A DNA stretch of 29,186 nt from Fimbriimonadales bacterium (GTDB lineage: Bacteria; Armatimonadota; Fimbriimonadia; Fimbriimonadales; GBS-DC). The stretch lies in NCBI GenBank assembly GCA_046718995.1, contig JBDNDR010000001.1, forward strand, positions 1 to 29,186, given 5' to 3'. Shown here piece after piece: positions 16,378 to 25,692 of the stretch. The notes beneath the pieces were generated by a model that was not told where the DNA came from, searched no databases, and saw nothing but the letters and a program-made list of their open reading frames with translations. Made by a program: the position numbers and the translations under genes. Position 1 is the stretch's first letter. The number at the start of each line of letters is the position of its first letter.

Positions 16378-17475
16378 ATGGTTCGCCCGCGTCCCCATGT
16401 GTTGCAGATGGAACCGTACCGCCCCGGCAAGACTCCCGAACAGATTCAACAGGAGCTGGGGCTGGACGAGCTGATTAAGCTCTCTGCGAACGAGAACCCA
16501 CTCGGCGCTTCCCCGCAGGTGCTGGAGGCGGTGCAAAACGCCCTGAGCCAGATACACCGCTATCCCGACGGGGCATGCCAAATCCTGCGCGATGCCCTCA
16601 GCGATTTTTATCACCTGCCCCCTGACCATTTCGTGTTCGGCAACGGCTCGGACGAACTCATCCATCTCATCGGGCTGGCGTACTTAGAGCCGGGCGACGA
16701 GGTAGTGATGGGGCATCCGTCTTTCGTGCGCTACGAAGCCTCGGTACAACTCAATCAGGCGGTGCTCAAGCGCGTGCCCCTGACCTCCGACCATCGTCAC
16801 GACCTGCCCGCAATGCTCGACCAAATCACGCCACGCACCAAACTGATGTACATCGCCAACCCGAACAACCCAACGGGCACAATTGTCTATCGCCATGAGT
16901 TGGAGCACCTACTCAACGCCCTGCCCGACCATGTGCTGTTGATTTTGGACGAGGCGTATTTTGAGTATGTAGACCATCCTGACTACCCGAACGGGCTGGA
17001 TGCGGTGCGCGCGGGGAAACAGGTCGTGGTGTTGCGTACCTTCTCCAAAGCCTACGGGCTGGCAGGGTTGCGCTTGGGCTACGCGGTGGGACGTCCCGAC
17101 CTGTTAGACCCGGTGGAACGCGTGCGTGAGCCGTACAATGTCAATGTGCTGGCGCAGGTGGCGGGGGCGGCGGCTCTGCGCGATCAAACCCATGTGGCGC
17201 GCACGTGCGAGCTCAACCGCCAGTCGCTCAGTACCATTCAGGCGGTGTGCGAACAGATGGGGCTACGAGTCGTCCCCTCCTACGCCAACTTCCTGCTGAT
17301 TGAGGTGGGCGAGCCGTGTCGTGCCGTACGTCAGCGTCTGCTGGAGCTGGGCGTGATGGTGCGCTCTGGGGAGGGGTTCGGCTTGCCCCAGTTCCTGAGA
17401 GTCAACACAGGAACGCCTGAGCAAAACGAGAAGTTCCTGCGGGCGTTCCAACAAGCGCTCCAATCGCTAAAATGA
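16378..17475 (+). CDS. hisC: Histidinol-phosphate aminotransferase
   Basis: IKLSANENPLG, RYPD, GNGSDELI, ANPNNPTG, DEAYFEY, RTFSKAYGLAGLRLGY (PLP Lys). Confidence 0.95.
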   Translation: MVRPRPHVLQMEPYRPGKTPEQIQQELGLDELIKLSANENPLGASPQVLEAVQNALSQIHRYPDGACQILRDALSDFYHLPPDHFVFGNGSDELIHLIGLAYLEPGDEVVMGHPSFVRYEASVQLNQAVLKRVPLTSDHRHDLPAMLDQITPRTKLMYIANPNNPTGTIVYRHELEHLLNALPDHVLLILDEAYFEYVDHPDYPNGLDAVRAGKQVVVLRTFSKAYGLAGLRLGYAVGRPDLLDPVERVREPYNVNVLAQVAGAAALRDQTHVARTCELNRQSLSTIQAVCEQMGLRVVPSYANFLLIEVGEPCRAVRQRLLELGVMVRSGEGFGLPQFLRVNTGTPEQNEKFLRAFQQALQSLK

Positions 17476-18128
17476 ACCACTCTACACGGCGTGAGCACTG
17501 GCAGAAGCTGCTGGTCTTTGCGTTCTTCTTGGTGCCGATTATAGGCACGGTCGTGGTGTTGACCTCGCCGTGGTTCTTGCGCATTCGTGCCGAGCAGATC
17601 GAGCGCAACGAGCAGCTCCTCCAAGCTGTTGAGTCGGGCGACTTAGAACAGGTCAAGCGGGTGATTACGGGGGGCGCGATAGTGAATGCACGCACGCGGT
17701 CCGGACTGACCGCGCTGAGTCTGGCGATTGTGCGTGGGCATGAAGACATCGCCCTCTACCTAATAGAACGCGGCGCCAGTTTAGATGCGCGCGACCGTTC
17801 GGGTGACCGCCAGCAGATGTATCCGGGCAACTCGCCCGTGCATTACGCTGCCATCTACGGGCGTACACGGGTGCTTCAGGCGATGCTGGATCGGGGCGTG
17901 CCAGTTGACCTACGTGACCGGAACGGACGCACCCTGCTGATGATGGCGTCGGAGAACGGGCATCGCGCTACAGTAGCACTCTTGCTGGAGCGAGGCGCCG
18001 ACCCCAACGCACGGAGCGCACTGGGTGAAACGGTGCTGGATTGCGCCAAGCGAAGCAAAGACCCTGAAATTGGGGCGATGATAGAGCGTGCTAAAAACGC
18101 TCGAGCACGCGTGACAGCGGGCGGTTGA
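17472..18128 (+). CDS. Ankyrin-repeat protein with N-terminal TM anchor
   Basis: GLTALSLAIVRGH, GNSPVHYAAIYG, GRTLLMMASENGH, GETVLDCA; ATGA overlap with hisC. Confidence 0.9.
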   Translation: MNHSTRREHWQKLLVFAFFLVPIIGTVVVLTSPWFLRIRAEQIERNEQLLQAVESGDLEQVKRVITGGAIVNARTRSGLTALSLAIVRGHEDIALYLIERGASLDARDRSGDRQQMYPGNSPVHYAAIYGRTRVLQAMLDRGVPVDLRDRNGRTLLMMASENGHRATVALLLERGADPNARSALGETVLDCAKRSKDPEIGAMIERAKNARARVTAGG

Positions 18129-19455
18129 GCGCATCCAGCGTCGCGGAGACCACCGCACGCGGCGCATCGTCCCGCAATAGCGCACTCCCGACCAGTTCCT
18201 GACGCGTCTCACCCTGTTCCCACAGAAGGAGCACAATCACCACCGCCTGACCCGTCTCGCCGACCGACTCGCTCACCTCCAGCACCGAGAGGCGGATGGC
18301 GCTGGGCAGGAGGGGCGCAATCGCGTTCAACACCGCCTCAACCACTAAGGGCTGCATCTTCGCTTCGCCCTCCGCTTGACCCTCTAACTGGCGGTTCTCG
18401 TACTGGAGGTAGACCCGTGCCCGCGCACGCCTACCTTCCCGCTCGTAAGAGACCGACTGAATACGAATCCGCTTTTCAATCGGGCGAGGCTCTACAGCCG
18501 CTTGCATCGGCAGGGTGAGCTGCGCGCCCGTGCGTGCCGTGCCCATCCCCTTCATCAGCAGGCATTCCTGGCTGGCAAGATTGACCAGATTGTCGACCGT
18601 TGCGGCGAAGTGAACTTGCTCGCGCTCGCGGGTACGCTTACCCCCTTGATAGCCATAGGAGACCGAAATAGGTTGGTCTACCTCAGGGAGGCGGATGGCA
18701 CCAATCTGTCGGCTAATCTGGTGGGCAAGCAGTCCTGCCTCCTCACGCCGGCGCAGGGTGGACACAGCGAACTCATCACCGCCCCATCGGCACACGACAT
18801 CAGTTTCGGGGTTGAGCTCATCCCGAATGACCTGTGCCACGCGCCGTAGCACCTCGTCGCCCACCAGGTGCCCATAACGCTTATTGAACAGCCCGAAGTT
18901 GTCCAAGTCAAAAAACAGAATCGTAATCTCCTTGCCCTCCGCCAACTGTTCCACGCTCCATTCGCGCAGATAGTCAGACCAGGGTAGCCCCGTCATCGGG
19001 TCATAACTACGCCCAATCTCGCTCAGGAGGTCAAACACGCTAATAATCCCGACGAGTCGACCTTCGTCCACGATGGGCAGAACGGTGTGTTGATGCGTGG
19101 CGAGCCAGTTCGCGACGGTCATCAGCGGGGTTTTCGGCGTGAAAGCAGGGATTTCGCCTTGCATCACGCTATGGACGGGCGCGCTGAGTTCGGCACCCAA
19201 AATCTGATTGGCTTCCACTAACCCCAACACTTGTTGACCATCATAGACCGGGATTCCCGAGATGCGATGCCCCCGCATTAGAATCAAGGCGGTCTCGACG
19301 GTATGTTCGGGATTGACCCAAACCCGTATCGGCTTGACAAGATGTTCTATTGTGCGCACGAGGTCTTCCAGCCTCCTACGCGAATGCCCCGCCTCATTCG
19401 CGCCAGATTGTGCGAGCTCTTCCTGTACCAGCACCCGCAAAGGGTGAGGTCTCAC
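18091..19455 (-). CDS. CBS-pair + GGDEF diguanylate cyclase + LeuA-regulatory-like C-terminal domain
   Basis: Two CBS repeats; DPMTGL, FFDLDNFGLFNKRYGHLVGDEVL, RWGGDEF; C-terminal VVSATLDALNR; SD AAGGAGG 7 nt before GTG. Confidence 0.85.
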   Translation of the reverse strand: MRPHPLRVLVQEELAQSGANEAGHSRRRLEDLVRTIEHLVKPIRVWVNPEHTVETALILMRGHRISGIPVYDGQQVLGLVEANQILGAELSAPVHSVMQGEIPAFTPKTPLMTVANWLATHQHTVLPIVDEGRLVGIISVFDLLSEIGRSYDPMTGLPWSDYLREWSVEQLAEGKEITILFFDLDNFGLFNKRYGHLVGDEVLRRVAQVIRDELNPETDVVCRWGGDEFAVSTLRRREEAGLLAHQISRQIGAIRLPEVDQPISVSYGYQGGKRTREREQVHFAATVDNLVNLASQECLLMKGMGTARTGAQLTLPMQAAVEPRPIEKRIRIQSVSYEREGRRARARVYLQYENRQLEGQAEGEAKMQPLVVEAVLNAIAPLLPSAIRLSVLEVSESVGETGQAVVIVLLLWEQGETRQELVGSALLRDDAPRAVVSATLDALNRPLSRVLERF

Positions 19456-19537
19456 TGCAGCGCCTCCTTGCTTTCCTTTACATATACTACGACAGTCTCC
19501 ATAGTAATACTCTCAGTAAAATTGCCAGTTTTGGGGC

Positions 19538-20422
19538 TTATCGAGTATACCACTTGCACGGGACAAAAACGATGGTCAAGGTGCGCCCCCGTCCTTGGCT
19601 GAGATTGCGCAGGATGTTGCCCGTGCGTAGCCCGACCTCCTCGGGTTGCTCCACCACAAGCAGCTGACACTGCTTGGTCCGATACCAGTTCAATGCGTCG
19701 TTGTTCCAACTCAGCACCCCCTTGGTCGGTGAGCGAAAGGTCGAGAGTCCGACTTGGGCGACATCATGTCCCATAAAAAAGATACCCGCTGGCGAGGGGC
19801 GCTGGGCAAGTGTTTGGACGCGACTGGGGATTTCCGAGCGCCGATCGATACCAATCAGTTGGGGGCGTAGGCGTCGGTTGTTGAGCAAACCGTGTCGGAA
19901 GCCGTCCCAGAACTCACTGACCGCACGGGGCACAGGATGATTGGCTATCACCCACACTTCACCTCGTGGAACCTTACGCGCGAACCACGCCCCCACGCGC
20001 CGCCCAACATCATAGTAATAGGTGCCCACATAGCCCAGCCGAAGCGATTCGGGGATGTCTGCGCCCATCAACACGACGGGTGTACCTGCCTCTTGAACCA
20101 GCGTTTGGATCCAGTCTTGTGCCCACGAATCGGTGGGTACTGCCGTGAGCGCGACAGCACGGTACTCGGTCTGGCGGGTCTTATCAACGAGGGTTTGGCG
20201 GGTCTGGGCGTTGAAGAACTGCCACTCCACACTCATGCCCGGTTCACTAAGGCGGCTTTTGAGACCCCGCTCCACCGCCTCCCAATACGGATGGGGCGAC
20301 GATTCGACGAAGACCGCCATAGGGAACTGAAACTGCTCACGCGCGGGGGCAGGCGGACGGGAATCGCAGGCAAGGAACCCACTCAGCACCAGAAGCCAGC
20401 ACACACGAGCCACTCGGCGCAT
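19538..20422 (-). CDS. Periplasmic sugar-binding-protein-like lipoprotein (RbsB/LacI-type fold)
   Basis: Lipobox FLAC; HPYWEAVERG; GTPVVLMG; YVGTYYYDVGRRVG; QPEEVG. Confidence 0.75.
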   Translation of the reverse strand: MRRVARVCWLLVLSGFLACDSRPPAPAREQFQFPMAVFVESSPHPYWEAVERGLKSRLSEPGMSVEWQFFNAQTRQTLVDKTRQTEYRAVALTAVPTDSWAQDWIQTLVQEAGTPVVLMGADIPESLRLGYVGTYYYDVGRRVGAWFARKVPRGEVWVIANHPVPRAVSEFWDGFRHGLLNNRRLRPQLIGIDRRSEIPSRVQTLAQRPSPAGIFFMGHDVAQVGLSTFRSPTKGVLSWNNDALNWYRTKQCQLLVVEQPEEVGLRTGNILRNLSQGRGRTLTIVFVPCKWYTR

Positions 20423-20427
20423 CAGGC

Positions 20428-20892
20428 TCAGTCTTGCAGGAGCAGGTTCAACTCAGGGTAGAGCTGGTTATAATCTTCCACACAGCGTGGGGACTGACCT
20501 GTGAGCCAATCGCGCAGGTAGCCTGCCAGAATGGAACCCGATGTGATGGTGAAGATGCCATACCGTCGGTACGCTTCGGCACGCACAGGGTCGTTCACTT
20601 TCGCCGCCAGCCGTTGAACCCCGAACAGCTCGCGCGCCATCTGAACCACCATCAAGTTGGTGTTATCGCCGCTCGTGCAGGCGATGAAGGCGTCCATCTG
20701 GTCCAGCTCCGCCTCACGCAGGGTATCTTCGTCTAATCCGTCGCCCAGCACGATTCGGCAGGCATGTTGCTTCCCGAGCCGTTGGAGTGCATCGGGAGAG
20801 CGCTCAATCATCGTCACCGAATGCCCCGCTTGGCTCATCAGCAAGGCGAGGATAGAACCGGTACGCCCACAGCCCATAATTGCAATCCGCAT
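20428..20892 (-). CDS. Stand-alone TrkA-N (RCK_N, NAD-binding) domain protein
   Basis: MRIAIMGCGRTG (GxGxxG); GDGLDEDTLREA; ACTSGDNTNL; TAATG overlap with the USP gene. Confidence 0.88.
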   Translation of the reverse strand: MRIAIMGCGRTGSILALLMSQAGHSVTMIERSPDALQRLGKQHACRIVLGDGLDEDTLREAELDQMDAFIACTSGDNTNLMVVQMARELFGVQRLAAKVNDPVRAEAYRRYGIFTITSGSILAGYLRDWLTGQSPRCVEDYNQLYPELNLLLQD

Positions 20893-21380
20893 TAGTTTGC
20901 CTCCTCGGGAGTGCCATACAGCCACACTTGGCAGGGCACTTTGCGTAGCACGATACTGATAGTGTCGTCCATCGTGAATTCCGCGCGACGCTGGTGATAG
21001 TCCACCGCCATACAGAGCAGGTCTGCCCGGAGTTCTTGTACCAGTTGAACCAGTGCGTGCCCAAAGTGGTGCACAGGGCGCACCTCCACTGTGAGGTCTT
21101 TGTAGCCCATCTCTTCGGCGATTTCGCGCGCAGCGGCGGCAAAAGTCTCACCCTTCACCAGACGCTCTGGCGGGCAATCGTCCAGACACACCGAGCGCGA
21201 TACCTCGACCAGGCACAGAGCGGTCAGCTTACACCCGAAGACTCGTGCCCACTCACACGCTTGGCGCAGAACCTCACGGTCGTCAGAGGTGTTCGCAAAG
21301 GGTACCAGCAGGTGTTGAGGGAGCTGCTCCTCGCTCGCCTGCTTAGTGCGTCGTCGCCAACTAAACAGTTTTAGACCCAT
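20892..21380 (-). CDS. Universal stress protein (USP) domain protein
   Basis: HLLVPF, LTALCLVEV, ELRADLLCMA, VLRKVPCQVWL. Confidence 0.82.
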   Translation of the reverse strand: MGLKLFSWRRRTKQASEEQLPQHLLVPFANTSDDREVLRQACEWARVFGCKLTALCLVEVSRSVCLDDCPPERLVKGETFAAAAREIAEEMGYKDLTVEVRPVHHFGHALVQLVQELRADLLCMAVDYHQRRAEFTMDDTISIVLRKVPCQVWLYGTPEEAN

Positions 21381-21384
21381 GGCT

Positions 21385-21564
21385 TTATCGTTTCGGGGGA
21401 CTGAGGAAGCGCTTCGTCATCCACAAGCGCACGAAACCCCAGACAATCAGAAGCCCGCCCAAGAACCAGCCCTCCGATCTGCCCAGCACCATCGCTTCGT
21501 AGTAGATAATCCCCAACCCAAGCACCACCATCAGAGCGCTGATTCCATAACGAAGCGAGCTCAT
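21385..21564 (-). CDS. Small two-TM membrane protein (59 aa)
   Basis: MSSLRYGISALMVVLGLGIIYYE...GWFLGGLLIVWGFVRLW; TATAAT ends 6 nt before ATG 21564. Confidence 0.7.
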   Translation of the reverse strand: MSSLRYGISALMVVLGLGIIYYEAMVLGRSEGWFLGGLLIVWGFVRLWMTKRFLSPPKR

Positions 21565-21571
21565 AACGATA

Positions 21572-23020
21572 TTATACTCTCTCCAGCTCCTCGCGGAGCA
21601 GTTCCTGCACGCGCTGGGGGTTCGCACGCCCCTGAGTGGCGCGCATCACCTGCCCCACTAAGAAACCGATGACGGTGGTCTTCCCACTCCTATATTTCTC
21701 CACCGTGTCAGGGTTCTCGGCGATGACCTGACGGGCAGCGGCACGGAGCGCCTCCTCATCACTGATTTGCACCATCCCACGCTCTTGCACCAGTTTGGAC
21801 GGCATCTCACCGGACTGGAACACCTCGTCAAACAGTTCCTTAGCGATGCGCCCTGTGATAGTGCCGTTTTTGATTAGCCCCACCAGGTCGGCTAAGTGGG
21901 CGGGGGTGAGTCGGGCTTGGCTGATGGGCAGGTTCGTCTCGTTGAGGCGCGCTTGCAGTTCTACCGTAATCCAGTTGCAGGCGGTCTTAGGTTCCACACC
22001 CAGCGCCACGCACCGCTCAAAGTATTCGGCGGTATCGTACTCTGCGGTCAGCACTTTCGCATCGTAGTCGGACAGCCCATACTCCTTGCGATAGCGGTCT
22101 GCCTTCGCTAAGGGCAGTTCGGGCAAGGTCGCACGCAGAGACTCCAGCCACGCCTCCGTAATCTGGATGGGCACGATGTCGGGTTCAGGGAAGTAGCGGT
22201 AGTCCTGCTCGAACTCTTTGGTGCGCATCGGGAAGCTGTAGGCGCCCTCCTCGCTCCAGCCCCGCGTCTCCTGCACGACCTTTCCGCCGGACTCCAGAAC
22301 CTCGATTTGGCGCTGAACCTCAAACTCGATCCCACGCACGACCGAACGGAACGAGTTGAGGTTTTTGAGCTCCGTCTTGACGCCAAGCGTGTCCGAATCT
22401 TCAGGGGCAACGCTGATGTTCGGCTCACAGCGGAGCGAACCTTCCTCCATCTTGCCATCACACACCCTCAGGTAGGTCAAAATCGCGCGCAGTTGCACGA
22501 GATACTCGCGCGCCTCCTCCGCCGAGTGGATGTCGGGAGGGAATTCCGTCACGATTTCCATCAGGGGCACACCCGCACGGTTATAGTCCACCTCGCTTTC
22601 GCCGGGCAGGTAGTGGAACAGTTTGCCCGTGTCCTCCTCCAGATGCACCCGCCGAATGCCGATGCGCTTGCGTTCACCGTTTATCTCTATTTCCAGATAG
22701 CCGTGCGTGCCGATGGGGTGAATCTCGCCGTATTGGGAAATCTGGTAGCCCTTGGGCAGGTCGGGGTAGAAGTAGTTCTTTCGGTAGAACACGGCGAGCG
22801 GTGCAATTCGGCAGTTGAGGGCGAGCGCCGTGCGAATCACATGCTCCACCGCCTTGCGGTTCGGCACGGGGAGCGTGCCGGGCAGTCCGAGGCAGACAGG
22901 GCAGACATTCGTGTTGGGGCGGTCGCCGAACCGGGTCGCACACCCACAGAACATCTTGCTCTCAGTCAGGAGCTGGGCGTGCACCTCCATCCCGATGCTG
23001 GGTCGGTAGCGCGTGCTCAT
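21572..23020 (-). CDS. gatB: Asp-tRNA(Asn)/Glu-tRNA(Gln) amidotransferase subunit B
   Basis: [60 protein letters not shown]; real start ATG 23020. Confidence 0.97.
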   Translation of the reverse strand: MSTRYRPSIGMEVHAQLLTESKMFCGCATRFGDRPNTNVCPVCLGLPGTLPVPNRKAVEHVIRTALALNCRIAPLAVFYRKNYFYPDLPKGYQISQYGEIHPIGTHGYLEIEINGERKRIGIRRVHLEEDTGKLFHYLPGESEVDYNRAGVPLMEIVTEFPPDIHSAEEAREYLVQLRAILTYLRVCDGKMEEGSLRCEPNISVAPEDSDTLGVKTELKNLNSFRSVVRGIEFEVQRQIEVLESGGKVVQETRGWSEEGAYSFPMRTKEFEQDYRYFPEPDIVPIQITEAWLESLRATLPELPLAKADRYRKEYGLSDYDAKVLTAEYDTAEYFERCVALGVEPKTACNWITVELQARLNETNLPISQARLTPAHLADLVGLIKNGTITGRIAKELFDEVFQSGEMPSKLVQERGMVQISDEEALRAAARQVIAENPDTVEKYRSGKTTVIGFLVGQVMRATQGRANPQRVQELLREELERV

Positions 23021-23033
23021 TTCTGAGTGGGGA

Positions 23034-24377
23034 TTATACCCTGAGGTTCCAGGCGACCCCGTAGACATCATACACATCAGCGCGCTCGATCTGCACCGGC
23101 ACAAAACTGCCTGGGGGCGCGTCGCATCCGCGCACATAGACCAAGCCATCCACATCAGGCGCATCGCGGTGGGAACGCCCAATCGCCCACTGACCGTCCT
23201 CACTGTACGACTCGATGAGCACCTGCAGCGTTTTGCCCACCCACTCCTGATTTTTGCGATAGGAGATGGGCTGTTGGGCACGCATCAGCTGGTCGAACCG
23301 AGCGCGCTTGACCCGAAACGGCACTTGGTCGGGCATCAGTGCGGAGGGAGTGCCCTTCTCGCGCGAGTAGATGAACGCCCCCACACGGTCTAACTCTGCC
23401 TCGTAGAGAAAGTCCAGCAGATATTGGAACTGCTCGTCGGTTTCGCCGGGGAAGCCGACGATAAAGGTGGTGCGGATGGCGATGGTGGGCATCGCTTCGC
23501 GCAGTTTGCGAATCATCGTCAAGTACGAGGTTCCATCACCCGGTCGGCGCATCGCCCTCAGGATGGCGCGGTCGGCATGCTGGAGCGGGACATCCAAGTA
23601 GGGCACGACCTTAGGGAGCGATGCCATCGCTTCAATCAGCGCATCGGTCACGCGGGACGGATAGGCGTAGTGGATGCGGATCCACTCAATCCCCTGCACT
23701 GCGTTGAGCTCTTTGAGAAGGGTAGGAAGCATGAACTGCTTATAGAGGTCGTAACCGTACTGGGTGGTGTCTTGGGCGATGAGGTTAATCTCTTTGGCGC
23801 CGTTCTGAGCGAGCCAGCGTGCCTCCTCTAAGATGCGTTCTATCGGCTTGCTCACATGCTTGCCTCGAAACGAGGGAATCGTACAGAAGGTGCATTGGTG
23901 GTCGCACCCTTCCGAGACCTTGAGGTACGCCGTCCAAGGCGCTCGGCTACGCAGGCGCGTGCTGACCTCTGCCCAGCGATGGTGGGGCGGTTGAATGTCG
24001 GTGAGGGGCGTGTTGGACTGGCGGGTGGTGTTGACAATTTCTGCGAAGCGTGCCATCTGCCCCACCCCGACGAAGGCGTCCACTTCGGGGAACTGCTGGC
24101 GGAGCTGTTCGCCCAGCCTTTGCACCATACACCCCGCCACGATGACCCGCTCGGTCTTGCCCGCGCGTTTCATCTGGAGCGCTTGACGAATCACCTCCAT
24201 TCCCTCGCGCTTAGCGGACTCGAGGAACCCACAGGTGTTGACGACAATCACATTCGGCGTGTCGGACTGGGTATCCAGTTGGTAGCCCGCTTGTTGGAGC
24301 ACGCCGGCGATTTCTTCAGAATCGACCTCGTTTTTGGCGCATCCGAGCGTGACGATTCGTACGGTGGGGTGGCTCAT
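23034..24377 (-). CDS. rimO: Ribosomal protein S12 methylthiotransferase
   Basis: [40 protein letters not shown] (radical SAM CxxxCxxC), TRAM C-terminus with APDVDG. Confidence 0.92.
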   Translation of the reverse strand: MSHPTVRIVTLGCAKNEVDSEEIAGVLQQAGYQLDTQSDTPNVIVVNTCGFLESAKREGMEVIRQALQMKRAGKTERVIVAGCMVQRLGEQLRQQFPEVDAFVGVGQMARFAEIVNTTRQSNTPLTDIQPPHHRWAEVSTRLRSRAPWTAYLKVSEGCDHQCTFCTIPSFRGKHVSKPIERILEEARWLAQNGAKEINLIAQDTTQYGYDLYKQFMLPTLLKELNAVQGIEWIRIHYAYPSRVTDALIEAMASLPKVVPYLDVPLQHADRAILRAMRRPGDGTSYLTMIRKLREAMPTIAIRTTFIVGFPGETDEQFQYLLDFLYEAELDRVGAFIYSREKGTPSALMPDQVPFRVKRARFDQLMRAQQPISYRKNQEWVGKTLQVLIESYSEDGQWAIGRSHRDAPDVDGLVYVRGCDAPPGSFVPVQIERADVYDVYGVAWNLRV

Positions 24378-24385
24378 CAGGGCGA

Positions 24386-24409
24386 AGTATACCCGCGTTG
24401 GGGTACAAT
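24386..24409. promoter_or_regulatory. Back-to-back divergent -10 elements (GGG-TATACT minus for rimO; GGGG-TACAAT plus for coaD)
   Basis: Each ends 7-8 nt before its start codon in a 39-bp intergenic gap. Confidence 0.6.
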
Positions 24410-24416
24410 CCTGTGC

Positions 24417-24953
24417 GTGGAGAACGGCAGGCAGAGGCTACGGCGGGCGGTCTACCCAGGCAGTTTCGACCCGCCGACTTTGGGGCACTTGGATGTGATT
24501 ACTCGGTCGGCGCAACTGTTTGATGAGGTGATTGTCGCCGTGGCGGTCAACTCCCAGAAGCGTCCTCTGTTTACCCTTCAGGAGCGGACCGCGATGCTTG
24601 AGCAATGCTGTCAGCACTTGCCGAATGTGCGGGTGCTGGCGTTGGAGGGGCTTCTGGTGGCGTTCGCTCAGCAGATTGGCGCCTGCGCCATCGTGCGGGG
24701 CTTGCGTGCCGTCTCCGACTTTGAGTACGAGTTCCAGATGGCGACGATGAACCGCCAACTCGCCCCCGAAGTGGACACCTGCTTCCTGATGACCCACCAA
24801 CAATATGCGTTTCTCTCCTCCTCTATGGTCAAGGAGGTCGCGCGTCTGGGCGGCGATGTGCGTGCCTTCGTGCCCGAAGTCGTCGCACTCCAATTACAGA
24901 CCAAATTCCATCCTCAAGGGGCAGGAGTGCTTAGCGGAACCGACGAATCTTAA
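24417..24953 (+). CDS. coaD: Phosphopantetheine adenylyltransferase
   Basis: AVYPGSFDPPTLGHLDVI, RGLRAVSDFEYE, LSSSMVKEVA; start GTG 24417. Confidence 0.95.
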   Translation: MENGRQRLRRAVYPGSFDPPTLGHLDVITRSAQLFDEVIVAVAVNSQKRPLFTLQERTAMLEQCCQHLPNVRVLALEGLLVAFAQQIGACAIVRGLRAVSDFEYEFQMATMNRQLAPEVDTCFLMTHQQYAFLSSSMVKEVARLGGDVRAFVPEVVALQLQTKFHPQGAGVLSGTDES

Positions 24954-24978
24954 ACCGCGCACAGGGGAGACACCAACA

Positions 24979-25530
24979 ATGATGAACACGGATGTAGGCA
25001 CGATTCGGAAATGGCTCAGAGAGCTGGACAACGCATTTGAAAAAGCGCGAAGTATCGGACCGTTTATTCTGGGATTGAACAAAGGCGAGTGTCATAATCT
25101 GGTTCAGCAGATTTTGGCGAACATCCCGTCGGAAATGGACCGGGCGGAACATATCCTACGCCATTCCGACCGTCTGGTCGGTAGCGCCCAGAGCCACGCC
25201 CAGATGACCCTGGAACAAGCCCAAGAGGAAGCCCGGCGCATGGTTGAAGAAGCTCGGCGTGAAGCGGAGCAGATTCTGGAGCGCGCCCGTGCCGAACAAC
25301 AGCGCATGCTCAGTCAGACCGAGGTCTATCAGCTTGCGGAGTCCCAAGCCCGCGAGATGATAGACACCGCCCGCGAGAAAGCGCACCAAATCCGGCAAGG
25401 CGCCGACGAATACGCCTACGAGGTGCTCACCCAAGTGGAGACCGTGCTGGCGAAAGTGATGGGCACGGTGCAAAACGGCAAGGTCATCTTGGAAGACTAC
25501 CTCAAACAGCGGGTCGGCACACGACGCTGA
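24979..25530 (+). CDS. Conserved coiled-coil protein (DivIVA/ATP synthase b-like), typically found after coaD
   Basis: Heptad E/A/Q/R repeats, GADEYAYEVL; RBS GGGGAG. Confidence 0.8.
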   Translation: MMNTDVGTIRKWLRELDNAFEKARSIGPFILGLNKGECHNLVQQILANIPSEMDRAEHILRHSDRLVGSAQSHAQMTLEQAQEEARRMVEEARREAEQILERARAEQQRMLSQTEVYQLAESQAREMIDTAREKAHQIRQGADEYAYEVLTQVETVLAKVMGTVQNGKVILEDYLKQRVGTRR

Positions 25531-25590
25531 AAAATACCCACACCCCCTTGCATTCGGTGCTGCTGAGTTGGGTATACTTGTAAGCCGTGT

Positions 25591-25667
25591 GGGGCCATGG
25601 TCTAGGGGACTAGGACGCCTGGTTTTCAGCCAGGAGGACGGGGGTTCGAATCCCCCTGGCCCTACCA
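25591..25667 (+). tRNA. tRNA-Glu (anticodon TTC)
   Basis: Acceptor GGGGCCA/TGGCCCT, anticodon arm CCTGG-TTTTCAG-CCAGG, T arm GGGGG-TTCGAAT-CCCCC, encoded CCA; upstream GGG-TATACT at 25570-25578. Confidence 0.96.
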
Positions 25668-25692
25668 CAGAAACCTCATCGGGAGGCAACAG

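Noticed and set aside
23856-24416. Long N-terminal extension of the coaD ORF in the track (365 aa)
   Set aside because: Antisense to rimO; CoaD homology begins near GTG 24417. The same applies to the over-long track starts of gatB (23281), hisC (16342) and 11864.
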